Assembly (NCBI GenBank): GCA_010093605.1
Contig: MU004195.1
Span: 1,131,566 to 1,195,565 of the forward strand
Reading direction: 5' to 3'
From: Lophium mytilinum
Lineage: Eukaryota
DNA: 64,000 nt
The notes below the pieces were generated by a model. The model did not search any database. It was given only the letters and a program-made list of their open reading frames with translations, and was not told the DNA's origin. Within the stretch, counting starts at the first letter, position 1; each line of letters opens with the position of its first letter. Positions 37,358 to 48,729 of this stretch are shown in pieces. The translations under genes were made by a program, and so were the position numbers.

Positions 37358-39379
37358 TTACTGTAGTGTGAAATCCTCTACCTTGAAAGAACTAGCCATA
37401 TGTTCCCCATACATGATCCCATCGACATAAGGATCACCAACTAGGATCCAATTGTCACCGCATTTCTGTAGTTCCCCATACATGATCCCATCGACATAAG
37501 TTTCACCAACTAGGATCCAATTGTCACCGCATTTCCGCAGTAAGTACGGAAAATTTGCGCCCACAAAGATGCAGATCACGTCTCCAGCTTGCACATGATA
37601 CGGTGAAAGCCCAACGAATCCAGAGGTTGAAATAAAAGGGCGTATTGGACGTGACAACAGCAAATTTGTAGTATTCTGCGGATCAAGAGGTAGCAAGTCA
37701 GGCCGTTGAAACACCCCGCTATTTATAGCATACTTGTTGAGTTCCCTGAGATCTTGGGCCCTATTCAGTTTTCTCCACTGTGCTGGATCCTCGGCACGGC
37801 TATAGGAACCTGCAATTGCGATGCGCAAGATACGATCATCCTCGCTTCCGGGACTAGTTTGGGATGACTGCACTACAAATCTTTTGATTTCAATGAGATA
37901 CCGGAGAGCATTATCCAGTCGAACGCCCTCACCCGAGTTGTGATTCCAGATACTGCCGAACTCTTTGACCGTGTCAACGTAAATGCCTCTCATGGTAAGC
38001 AAATTGGGACCTCCATGGGAAATTTTCTGTCTTGACGAAATCTTCGCCGATGCACAAAATCTGCTCTCTAGTAGAGGGCCTAGTATACCTGAGGTGTGAA
38101 TAGCCAAATGCCAGTCTGGGACCCAGGTAGGAACATTCGTCTGTGAGAGATTAGGAGATTGGCAGCAAGAGAGAAGGTCTATAAGGCCTTGATCAATGAG
38201 CTTCCTGGCTGTTTTCGTGTACACATCTTTGCAGCTCATCGTATAGTCTGGGAACTCGTGAAACTCTGCAGCATCATCAGCGAGTCCTAAGAGCGCAAAT
38301 ACTCTATCTCTTGGGTCGGAGCATTCCGGGGGATAGTAATTTGACCCCGTCACAAGAGTCGATATGAGGGCGTTATGAAGCAATTTTTCGTCGAGGTGTT
38401 CTAAATGATGATACACGTATCGCCGATACACGATTTTTTCTACGTTGCCTTTGACGCACGAGTCTAACACTACACGTACGACATCTGCAGCGTCCTTTTC
38501 CTCGCAGTGCATGTATATGCAATTGTGAAGATAGAGGTCGAGTAGTCGGTCCATTTGAAGTACGGATAGAAGCTTGCAACTTGGAATGCTCGATTTACCA
38601 CACATGACATCAAGTCGGCGTGCTACGGCGAATTCCTGAATGACCCAGAGCCTGCTCCAGTATGATCGCCTGCATACTTGATCGAACCCTTCACGTATGG
38701 TGTCCCGTTTCACGGAATCCGGAATAAGAGGAAAAACATTGGATATAATGCTTTTGGTGGTGTTGCGAAAAGATGTATCGTCTAGGTCAATGCTGTTGGC
38801 GATGCTGCGAAAAGATGTATTTCCTAGCTCAATGCTGTTGGCGATGTTGCGAAAAGATGTATTGCCTAGCTCTGGTACGTCCAGTGCTTGCTCTGAATCT
38901 GCGCATGTACTCATTGCATTCAGGAAGTCAAAGACCATATCGCTGTCGTCAGCCGCCAGTCCCAGCCAGGCAATAGTCCGGTCAGCCTCAGCATATATCT
39001 CTCTCATCTGCTTCACCTGCTCGCTCCTCTCCGTTTCATCTTTCTGGTTGATGCAAATCTGGTCTGCCCACAACAGCACATCTTTCTCGTCATCTTGAAG
39101 TTGTTGCAGGGCGTCTTCTAAATTGGTACTGATGTACAATTCTTCTTGTCCGACGCCCATACGATGCCTGACACCGTCACCCCACGCGTATGAAAGTGCC
39201 GTGTACGGCACATGCCCATCTCTGGAGACGTGTTCGAGTTCGCCAAACACGGTTACATTGACGAGATACCATGGACATGGGTCTGGTCGATAGTTTTTCG
39301 GTTTCAATCGAAAGAGTCGGATTTCTTTGCGGCGGGGTTGTAAGGGTTTGTAGCGTAAGGGTTGACGCGGGTTTCTCAT
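37358..39379 (-). CDS. HET-6-like heterokaryon incompatibility protein, intronless
   Basis: YKPL..EIRL, YTALSYAWGD, LWADQICINQKDETERSEQVKQMREIYAEA, RSYWSRLWVIQE, CSDPRDRVFALLGL, PTWVPDW, GDVICIFVGANFPYLLR and LVGETYVDGIMYGE. Confidence 0.93.
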   Translation of the reverse strand: MRNPRQPLRYKPLQPRRKEIRLFRLKPKNYRPDPCPWYLVNVTVFGELEHVSRDGHVPYTALSYAWGDGVRHRMGVGQEELYISTNLEDALQQLQDDEKDVLLWADQICINQKDETERSEQVKQMREIYAEADRTIAWLGLAADDSDMVFDFLNAMSTCADSEQALDVPELGNTSFRNIANSIELGNTSFRSIANSIDLDDTSFRNTTKSIISNVFPLIPDSVKRDTIREGFDQVCRRSYWSRLWVIQEFAVARRLDVMCGKSSIPSCKLLSVLQMDRLLDLYLHNCIYMHCEEKDAADVVRVVLDSCVKGNVEKIVYRRYVYHHLEHLDEKLLHNALISTLVTGSNYYPPECSDPRDRVFALLGLADDAAEFHEFPDYTMSCKDVYTKTARKLIDQGLIDLLSCCQSPNLSQTNVPTWVPDWHLAIHTSGILGPLLESRFCASAKISSRQKISHGGPNLLTMRGIYVDTVKEFGSIWNHNSGEGVRLDNALRYLIEIKRFVVQSSQTSPGSEDDRILRIAIAGSYSRAEDPAQWRKLNRAQDLRELNKYAINSGVFQRPDLLPLDPQNTTNLLLSRPIRPFISTSGFVGLSPYHVQAGDVICIFVGANFPYLLRKCGDNWILVGETYVDGIMYGELQKCGDNWILVGDPYVDGIMYGEHMASSFKVEDFTLQ
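37402..37539. repeat. In-frame 69 bp tandem duplication in the HET-6-like C-terminus
   Basis: GTTCCCCATACATGATCCCATCGACATAAG.. starts at 37402 and 37471; encodes KCGDNWILVG(ET/DP)YVDGIMYGE twice. Confidence 0.95.
38747..38872. repeat. In-frame 3 x 42 bp tandem repeat inside the HET domain
   Basis: GCGAAAAGATGTAT at 38765, 38807 and 38849; encodes ELGNTSFRNIANSI / ELGNTSFRSIANSI / DLDDTSFRNTTKSI. Confidence 0.95.
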
Positions 39380-40429
39380 GACTCTGGTATTACGCTACAC
39401 AGTTTCCTAAATGGCGAGGCTCTATGGAAGGTATAGCTAGCTAGTGGAAGCAGCGATATTTGCTAGCAAGACTCAGTATGCTGGTGTGGAGACTTTAGGA
39501 TGGCCGAACAGCATTCATCGTTCCTCAAGTGTTAAATGCAAGAAATACTGACAGCTTTAGTGACGAGGCTCACGCTAGCCTCGTTTACTCCAGACGTCGT
39601 GATTGATAACAGTCGTATAATGGAAGTTTAAGAGAAGCTAGTGCGGGCACGGAACATTCTCCGTGTCCAGGGCTGAGATCATTAGGACACGATCCAGAAA
39701 TACTGATGTAGGAGGTTGGAAGGAAGGAAAGTGATGCCTACGAGGCTGAAGTGTTGTAGGTGAAAGTACGCTAGTACTATAGGCTAGCCCGCAAATAGCT
39801 AGTCCATTGTCTTGCACGTGATAAATAAAGAGATGCATCTTCAACCGCTTCGAGATAAAACAACACCTACTACGCTCAGAATTACCTGGCAAGTGAAGAG
39901 TGTTACCTCAAGCTTGTCTACTTCGAGATTGCAGAGTGACAACTTACCTAGAATGCGAAATTAGGTCCACGTCAAAAGAGATGCGATTAGAGCTTGAAAT
40001 CAAGATGGAAGTGACTGCTGTCAACGTCAAGAGACTGCCTACACTTATATAAGCACGACACCGACCGTACCAAATTGTGATGCAGATGCAGTATATGTAG
40101 ACAGATCAGCGGAGTTTTCTAGAGACTATACACAAGATCCCAAATATGTACGATGAGCACTCGCCGCCGTCCAGCGAATCCCATGCCAAACTCCCCATTA
40201 TCCATCCTATCCCCAATAACCGTGCCACTAGCAGTACAAAGCCTGCAAAACCCAGCCATCCCTCAAATGCAACCCCAAAAACGCCATCCGATGCTCTAAT
40301 CCAAGCACCAGTCCGGTCCCAATCCAACGATCCCAGCTTTTATAACAGCAACCCCAAAATCAATCCATCATCCCTCCTCATCTACTCCCCTCAAGCTCTA
40401 GCCTAGGTAGCTTTCCCCCACTCCTAAAA

Positions 40430-40936
40430 TCATATACTCAACCGATCCAAGCTCAACCGATCAATACTCCTCTGCTTCCGCACCATCCCCAGCTTATAAA
40501 ACTTCTCCTCCCCACCCGCCGTCCGCCCCCCAATATACCACTTCTCACTCCCCATGACCTCCCTGAACCCCTCATTCGAGCTATCCGACCCACGCCGCTC
40601 CCGCGCCCCCGCCCCAGGGATCGGAAACCCCGCCCCCGCGGCCTTCGGCGAGGTCGAGCGGTGGTACGGCGCGGCGTGCTGGCGCGTGGGCTGGAACTGC
40701 GCGCCGGCGGCCTGCACGGCGGCAGAGGTGGCGCCCTGATTTCCAGGCTTCGCTGTCGTCGTGATGGTCCGCGTCGTCGTAGTCGTTGAAGAGGGGGAGG
40801 AGGGGGAAGTGGAGGCGGTGGAGCCGTAGACGTTGTGGGCTGTGGATGAGGGTGGGGAGGTCGCGGCTTTCTGGATCGCGGAGTGGGCGCGGAAGGCGGC
40901 GAGGAAGTTGGAGAGGAAGGGCCGGTTGGTGGACAT
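40430..40936 (-). CDS. Small fungal hypothetical protein, probably conserved
   Basis: MSTNRPFLSNFLAAFRAHS ... RRGSDSSNEGFRE..EKWYIGGRTAGGEEKFYKLGMV..DRLSLDRLSI. Structured-looking termini with a low-complexity middle. Confidence 0.8.
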   Translation of the reverse strand: MSTNRPFLSNFLAAFRAHSAIQKAATSPPSSTAHNVYGSTASTSPSSPSSTTTTTRTITTTAKPGNQGATSAAVQAAGAQFQPTRQHAAPYHRSTSPKAAGAGFPIPGAGARERRGSDSSNEGFREVMGSEKWYIGGRTAGGEEKFYKLGMVRKQRSIDRLSLDRLSI

Positions 40937-42271
40937 GGTTGCGGGTGTGGGTGGGTGCGGGTTGGCGGTGTCGTCGTGCATCAAGGACCTGGGAGAGGGC
41001 TCTTGTGGGGAGAGGGTGGGAGCGACGTCCACCCGCGCGCGCGGTTGAGGCCCACAGGCTACTGGAGGGTCGGAAGCATGTATATGTGGAAGCAGAGGGT
41101 GGTTGAAGGGTGCCTTGGATGTGAAAGAGATGGCGTAGCGATGTCGTAGGAGCGGTGTCGTGGCGGAGGAGAGGCCAAAGTGGGTTGCGTGCTGCAGTCC
41201 TGGTAATTTCCTGTTCCTATACGAAGGCTTCTACGGGTCTAAGGAGGGCGCTTGCGTTGTTTATGAGTGTAGATGTGGTCGGGGATACACCGCAGTTTCA
41301 GTCGGTGGGAGTCGGAAGTCGTGACAAGGATCTCTTCGCCGCTCGTGGACAAGCAACGTCTTAAGCCGAGGGTGTCCAATCCAACACAAGCAACGGTCAA
41401 ACGGACGCACCTGTACCGAGATCCAGCCCTTCTCCTCTTTATCACCTGAGATTGCCTGCACCTTTAAAAACTATCGCGGGGTCGCGTATTTCTTTCTTCG
41501 AGGCGGATGCGAGATGGTGTGCAGCCAGACTAAAAACCTGCACGCTCCATCGTCATAATTATGGCCGTGCAACCAGTAGAAGTGTGCGCATATCTCGTCG
41601 CCGAACCCCGCCAACGCTGTCCTGTCACCGTAGTCAAACCGAAGCCCGAGTTTTGTCCCGCCTCTAGCTGGAAAAAGAAATATGTGAACCGCTCCCTGCA
41701 CGCCTCGACGCCTCTTCCTATCGTGAACTGACCGAAAGATCGGAAAAAGCACTAATTGGTGCCTCCGCGGGACTCTAGCCGCGAATCCTTCCAGTATCCT
41801 GGTAGGGGCGCCGTTGGGGAAAAGCAATCATATGCACCAATGCCCCACTCAGTGACGAACAGGTCGCTCTGCAAGGGAGAACGGTTGTTGATGAAGCTCT
41901 TAGTAGTGCAGATATGCCATCAGTCAGCCCGCCGCGGTCCGGGAATCCGGGGTAATTAGGGGCATGGGCAGTATGCAATGGTGCCAATTGCAGATGGCTG
42001 CCAGGCTGCACAAACTGACATTCACATACCACCTCATCGCTCTGGCATGACTGATAAATACGACACTGCCGCCTCATTCCATAAGCCGCTTGAATCCTAC
42101 TCGTGCCCTTTTCGATAGCAAGCCTGCAGGGTACGCTCCAAAACATTAGACTAGGGGTATAGGCATACGCCAAACAGAGACTCCTTGACGCCGTTTCTCA
42201 TAGCTGCAGCCACGTGCTCGCTCCCTTTCGGAAAACCACCCATAGAACACCCCCAGAGCGCGATCCCCACC

Positions 42272-45133
42272 TCATCCATACACGTCTCCCCCCTGCCCTG
42301 GCGCCCCTTCATTCGCCGTACTTAGCCTCGCACAAAGACTCAGAAACACGACCGTTTCCGTCGCCGCTAGATAATTAAGCGTATCGAGTAGAATCTTCAA
42401 ATGCCGGGAGAAATTATCCTCATACTTATGCATGATATCAAACATCTTGTCTACTTTCGCTGGATCGAAGGCGATAGATGTGGAGGCGGATTTGGAGTGG
42501 CCATGGGCAGGCTTGGATGGAGCTGACGCTGCTGACGCCGCTGCTGTTGCTGCGTTGGCGAGTTCAGGGTCCGCTTGGACAAGGTACCGCGAGAGGGAGG
42601 ACGTAAAGTTGGCGAACATGGTGCACGTGGCTAGAATTTTCGAGTTGATCTTAGGCATGGTTAGCTAGTGTTACGTTGGACGCTGAGATAGGGGAGGCGA
42701 CTACTTACCCTTAACAGCTTCGAGTTGGTAAGCATGCACTCCTTCAAACACGTGGCCAAGAAATCGACGTGGTCCTGCATCAGCTCATCCACCGTGCGCT
42801 TGACCTGCGCCGGCTCGCCCGCCTTGTGCGGCACGTCCTCACTGCCTTCGTTCAATCTGGACATCAGGGACACCCAGTTCGGCTCGATGACTTCCGAAGT
42901 GCAGTAATAGAGCAGTTGCTGAACGAAAATCAACATCCTGGCCCGCAACGTCCATGCTTTTCGTTTCCACATTTCTATTCGTGGGTTTTTGCTGCGATGC
43001 TTCCAGCTGAGTACTTTGCTATGGTCAGTCCAGCTTCCCACGAGCAGTGTCTCGAGGTGTCGAAGCGAAAGTAGGTATCGGAATAGAAGTTGATAGCGGG
43101 TGAGTGTGACACGGCTGACGACTAGGGAGAGAGGGAATGGCATCGCGTAGTCCAGCACAAGAGCGTCAAATCCGGTAATGTCTTTATCGTCTGTCACTGG
43201 TGCTTGAGTGGCGGGGGTGGTGTAGTTTGAGATAGCTCCAGTTGCAGCATCCTGATCGAGACCGGTCACGTTGACAATCTTCATCAACCAGTTCGTCAAG
43301 CCGACCTCGTTCATCTGTACTTTGACGTCTTCTTTGAAGGGGTCTTCCGCAGCTACACTACCAGGCTGCCGTAGTACGATATCAAGCAAAGACTGGAGCT
43401 TGCCAATGTTTACCAATTTGGCAGGCTTCTTGAGCTCAGAGGTTCCAAGCTCGAGGAAGTAGGTGAAGAAATCTGAGCGATCCAAGAAAAAGTAGTGCTT
43501 CAGTGATCTTAAACGTGCTGGAAGAGCGTGCGTCGTGAGCAAAAGATTGAAGAGTGAGGAGTTGGCGTAGGCATAAGCAGCATTTACGTTTTCGAGGAAT
43601 CGTGGATCGTCGAAGCTTTGCGGAACATCTTGGACGACCTTGCTGACGTCCACTCCACCACATTCCCGGACGACGTTTAAATACTTTCCAGCGAGCAGCA
43701 CCTTATCTTTGACTCCCTCTAGCTGGGGCGGGACGAGGCTGTCTCGGACAGTATAACGTTTCTCCCAGTATTCATCCGTGTAGTCCTGATCTAACCGCTC
43801 GCGTTTGATGCTCTTTTGCTCCTTTATGAGAAACTCGGCATGAGGGTCTTTGATGCCCCCATGGTGAAGCCATTCATTTAACATCGCCATGTAAGGCCGG
43901 CTGGCGTCTCGTAACAGCCTCGTCAGCAGCGTCCTCGCAGCAGGGTCTCCGGACATTGACGCCAATCTCTTCGTGATCAGCCCCAAAACATTTCCGCCCT
44001 TGCATATCTTTTTGGCAGGCAGTCCTGCCTGACCTCCCTCTCGCAACGATTCAAGGATGCCTTCTAGGTTGTCGCTATCATCTGAGGAGTCTTCTGAGTT
44101 CTCGTCGTCTTCAAGAACTCCGTTAGCCTTTAGCAGCTCACTTCCTACGGTGTAAAGCTGGAACAGCATGTGACTGGTCGGTTTCGTATGCAGGTTCAAG
44201 ACGTGTAGCGTGAAAGCGGGATTGGTGAGCATCTGGTGTTCCAACTGGGCCATGAGCACCAAATAGTCCTTCAAAAGGTGTCGCACCGTTGCACAGAGCG
44301 CATGATTGACAGCTCCAAACTCCTCTCGGCTCAGCACTTCTATGGAAGCCTCTACCGCGGTGTAATGCGTGGCCATCTTCAACATCGAAATGGTCAGGTC
44401 CCGCAAGCTAGGGTCTAGATGCGCAAGGATACGGAATTGAGGTCCAGTCAAGCGGTCCTTCTCTTCAGAGGGATTGTATGTTTCAGCAAATCTTATGTAT
44501 TGCCCCTCAAAGCCCATGAACACGAAGAGGAGGTCCTCGATAATTGCTGCTTCCTGCGCATCGAGGGATAACTGATTGAGCGATTGTGGCTGTAGAGCCT
44601 GTGGGGCGGTCGATGCTAGAGGCGGTATTGAGACACGGGATGCTAGTGGTGCTGTGGTATGAGGTATGATAGTGGCCTGGGGGGCCCATGGTATTTCTGA
44701 GGGCATAGTGTCAGTGATTCTGCTCGTCCTTCCTAGTTGGTGGGCCATTGCCTAACATACCTGGGATCTCTTCGAGGCCCTTCCTCGACCCCGAGTTGCT
44801 CGCCGAAGCTCTTTCCGCGGGTTTCGGCACTCTGTCTGCATCGCGACGGCTTCTTGCGTTGACTCGGCTCTCGGAAGTGTGTTTCAGCGGACTTCTCGAC
44901 CGCGCGGTCACGGTTTCCCTGGTCAGGACTTCTTTCTTCTCTGTTCGTCGTTCTGGACCCGTCGTTGCTGCCGAGGGCTTCCTTAGGTGTGCCGCAGGGG
45001 CGCGTCGTTCATTTTCTCCCAGCTTCGAGGACGAAGATACAACGCGGGGTCGGGCTCCGCCTGCGGTGGAGGTGGAGACTTTGCGCTCAGCCGGGGAGGG
45101 CAGTTTCGAGGCCGGAGGGTGGCGCGAAGACAT
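42272..45133 (-). CDS. SPC97: Gamma-tubulin complex component GCP2 (Spc97/Alp4), 3 exons
   Basis: QEAAIIEDLLFVFMGFEGQYIR, DYTDEYWEKRYT, LLAGKYLNVVRECG, LRSLKHYFFLD, FPLSLVVSR, YQLLFRYLL, EVIEPNW and FLATCLKECMLT. Introns 44760-44697 and 42708-42650. Confidence 0.93.
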
Positions 45134-45636
45134 GATTGCGGTCTCGAGGTTCCATAGGTTGCCTTTGTGTTGGTGTTGTGCGATCAGGCAACCCAGAATA
45201 CGTCGACTATCTCTCTACGAAACACGCCCGCGTTGTGAATGTTTATCCCGCGTCAAACTAGGCCGAATTGGGTAAGTGGTATTTTCAGGTACCGAGACGT
45301 AATATATCTACTTCCTCACCTCCTCCTCACATCTCAGGACTACATCTTGGGCTATGGGACGCGGTGAACTGAACTGGCTAAACGGCGCGCAAAGAATAAT
45401 TCTATACTACTATGCAGATCCAAAAGGTGATACTCATAGTGCTACCTAAAATTACAGCGTCGGCTTCAAACCAAGCTATTTACAACTCATGCTTGCAATC
45501 CCGTCATTAACTCATTATCGTTAACCTCAGACCTAGACATAGCCAATGCAAGATGTTCCAGTCATCTAGATTGTAGTGAATTCTGCTATGGTTTTATCGA
45601 TCGAACTCCAAAGAATTAGAACCCAGTGAGTGATAT

Positions 45637-46839
45637 TCAACTTGGTTTCTTCGCAGGCATCATCTTAGCCATCTGTGCCCCTCCAACCTTCTGTACTTGA
45701 GCAACGGCATCGCCCAGCAATACCCGAACAGCACCTTCAAGTCGGCGGTCCTTTCTCCGCCGCATCCAAAGGAGAACTATTCCGAGAATGACAAAATCAA
45801 TAGCGATATGCTTCAAAGAAGCCCAAGCAGTCCGTATTAGCCAGGAGAAGAACGTGTATCTCCGGCTGCGACTAAAAAGCCGACGGGATTCGAGCTGCTC
45901 CCTTAATGCGGCGACCTCGGCCGTCATCTTTACGAGCGCCTGTTCCACTCGCCGGCGCCATTTGTGGTCCGATGGATTCGGCGCGGAGGGAGGTGACCGG
46001 CTCGGACTCTTGTTATAGGGCGATTCACCCCTCTCTTCTGGATTCCCGTTCCCTTCCTCATTTTCCAGATTGGGGTTGTACTGGGAATCCTGAGCGTCCA
46101 CGAACTCTTCCCCGTTGTCGTCCATATCATCTAGCTCCTCCTCTTCGTCTTGCGACATGGGACTTCTGACTCGTAAGGGCGCGTCTGGTGGTATCTGATC
46201 CATCGTCCGGTAGTCGCGGGTGCCACTGGATCCGAGTCCTGGGTAAGGTGGGGGCATATGTAGACCCATGGTTCCCATGGTTTGTAGGGGCGAAGATGAT
46301 GAGGATGACGGGACGTTCGATTTGACTTGGTCCCATACGAATTCCAGTTCTGCGACGAGTTCTCGGGAGTCTGGACTCGGGGAGGCGAACTTGTGCATCG
46401 TGTCGATTAAGGTCGTAATATATTGCCGTTTAGCTTCTGTCCGCGACAGCCCATTCTGTTGTTTCCATGCGTCCCTGGTGACCTCTCGTCAGTGAATAGA
46501 TCGATGTCGTATGGTAGGGTTGAATACCACTTCTCGCGCGCGCGGTGCACATCATCACCACTGCCTTCTGGTCTCTCCATTATACCATCCACATCACCCT
46601 CTACCAAACATTAGCCTCTACCGGAAGATACTTCCGACGAAGTTTACCCATGCTCTGCTTGTATAAGCCATAGAGGCGGAGGCGGACGGCGGATGGCGGC
46701 TTCTGTGCGCCCGTTCGGATTTTGTTGACAGTGTTGAGAGCGTGGCTGAAGACGCGATCTGTCCGATCAAATGAATGTTAGTGGGGGGCGATGTATCGGA
46801 ATGCGTAGAGGGGCAGCGCATACCGACTGAGTCTGACAT
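45637..46839 (-). CDS. Acyl-CoA-binding (ACBP) domain protein with coiled coil and C-terminal TM helix (ACBD5/Atg37-like), multi-exon
   Basis: MSDSV|DRVFSHALNTV..RLRLYGLYKQSM|EGDV..AREKW|DAWKQQNGLSRTEAKRQYI. Coiled coil WRRRVEQALVKMTAEVAALREQLE; TM segment IAIDFVILGIVLLWM. Confidence 0.88.
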
Positions 46840-47693
46840 AGTCGATGTCGTCAATCGGCAGCGGGACGCTGGGCCCGATTCATCCAGCTACAGTATGGCG
46901 GCGGAGGGTAGATTGTGTATTCTCGGCGACAATAGGAATATCGCGGCTGAGTATGTACTCGTCGTGCATGGCGACATTGGGCACGAGGGCAGGGAGGGTG
47001 TGAATTGCCGTAGTCTCTAAAGCCGCGGTTGATTGTCAAGGGATAGGGCCGATCAGGGTCCGGGCAATGACCGAACACTTGCACGTGTCGCTCTCGGTTT
47101 CCACTCAACACCATGCTCTTATCTCCATCATCACAATCATCAAAAAAAATTCCTGAAAAAGTGTTGAGTCGACTCTCTAATGCCTTCATGCCTATAGAAA
47201 AACTCAGAATCGATCGAGCTATTCCAATTGTCTTTCAGAACTATCTTACGACCAGTCTCGGACAGGTCCTTGAAACACCGTACCAGGGCTTTGATAGATA
47301 CAGCTTCAAATATTGCCCAGATCAATGGAACTTCATAGTCTAGCATGTTTGTATCTCTTAGTCTCCATTCAGCGCTCACATATGCCTCCACGTCTTTCTT
47401 TCACCATACGATAGGGTCCCGACATGTGCACAAACCGCATACATAAAATGTAAGAGGTCCACAAACTTGGTGGCAGCAATACCATCGTATGATTGCGAAT
47501 TCACGGATCCATTCCGCGATGTTTAATGTTGGTAAGCAGGCCTATTAGTCAAGAGGCTTCAGAGTGAAGGTCTACGCCCTATCATTGACATTGCTCGTAT
47601 ATGAAGGAAGAAAGATCCGTTCGAACTTCTTTCTCTATCCAAAGCCTCTCAATATAGAACTGCTTTCATAGATCGTTCAACAGATCAGAAACA

Positions 47694-48311
47694 ATGTCGT
47701 CTCGCTCCGCCCTCGTGCTCATCGACGTCCAAGAGGGATTCTCCCATCCAACCCATTGGGGCGTAGCCCGCTCAACGCCCTCACTCGAAGACAACATCCC
47801 AATTCTTCTCTCCGCGTTCCGAGCAGCTGGGGCACATATCATCCACGTTCAGCACGTCTCAGCCCATCCAGACTCGCCCCTCAACCCGTCCAACCCAGGA
47901 GTCAAATTCAAATCATGCGCCACTCCGCTCGCAGACGAGCTTATCTTGACTAAGCGCACCAATTCGGCCTTCATAGGCACAGATCTAGAAGAAAGGCTAA
48001 GGGGCATGGATCTCCAGCTTTTGGTTATAGCAGGGCTCACGACGATGCATTGTGTGAGCACCACGACGCGGATGGCTAGCAACTTGGGTGTTTTGAAGCA
48101 CCCCTATGATGGAACTGGGGTGGACTGGGCAGGTAATGGACGGATTGTTCTTGTGAAAGATGCTACGGCGGCTTTTATCGCGGAAGATGAGGTCAAAAGG
48201 GGATGGAATGCGGAGCTCGTGCATGAAGTACATTTGAGTGCGTTGACTGAGTTCTGTGAGGTTCAGACGACGGAGGAAGTGGTGAAAGACCTTGAAGGGA
48301 AAAATAAATGA
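47694..48311 (+). CDS. Isochorismatase-family cysteine hydrolase
   Basis: ALVLIDVQEGF, IIHVQH, KRTNSAFIGTDLE, AGLTTMHCVSTTTR and LVKDATAAF. Confidence 0.92.
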   Translation: MSSRSALVLIDVQEGFSHPTHWGVARSTPSLEDNIPILLSAFRAAGAHIIHVQHVSAHPDSPLNPSNPGVKFKSCATPLADELILTKRTNSAFIGTDLEERLRGMDLQLLVIAGLTTMHCVSTTTRMASNLGVLKHPYDGTGVDWAGNGRIVLVKDATAAFIAEDEVKRGWNAELVHEVHLSALTEFCEVQTTEEVVKDLEGKNK

Positions 48312-48729
48312 TCTGAGCGCAGTATCTCTGGCGAGACGCATTGACGCATTTTGGGCTGGACTATGCCCATCAAAGATACTCTTACAAGGCTATAATATCG
48401 TGACGTTGAATAAAATGTCATGGCCTTGCATAAACCCTAACTTGAAATCTCAATTCGTCTGGAAGCTCTTCTCGCATAAACAACGCAGTAGCGTTCAGGT
48501 TATCATTCCACGTACCTCTCACTAAGCATTGTGCCACATTTTAAACTTCGAGAAATAGTATTCCTCCAACCTCGGTCTCTCGTCTTGAAAATGCGTCATG
48601 CGGGTGGTTGTGGAGACCTTTTGCACAGCCACAGGCCCCATGCATAACACCAGGCAACATACACCAAAGACCGCTCATTTCCCCTCTCATGAACACCGTT
48701 CTGGGAACGATGGCGTTTTAATTCAGAAT

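Noticed and set aside
39559..39589. Hairpin ACGAGGCT-N6-AGCCTCGT upstream of the HET-6-like gene
   Set aside because: An 8 bp stem is expected by chance in 64 kb, and there is no supporting context.
46851..47391. Two overlapping short minus-strand ORFs upstream of the ACBP gene
   Set aside because: Could be a gene relic, but there is no recognisable family or consistent splice model.
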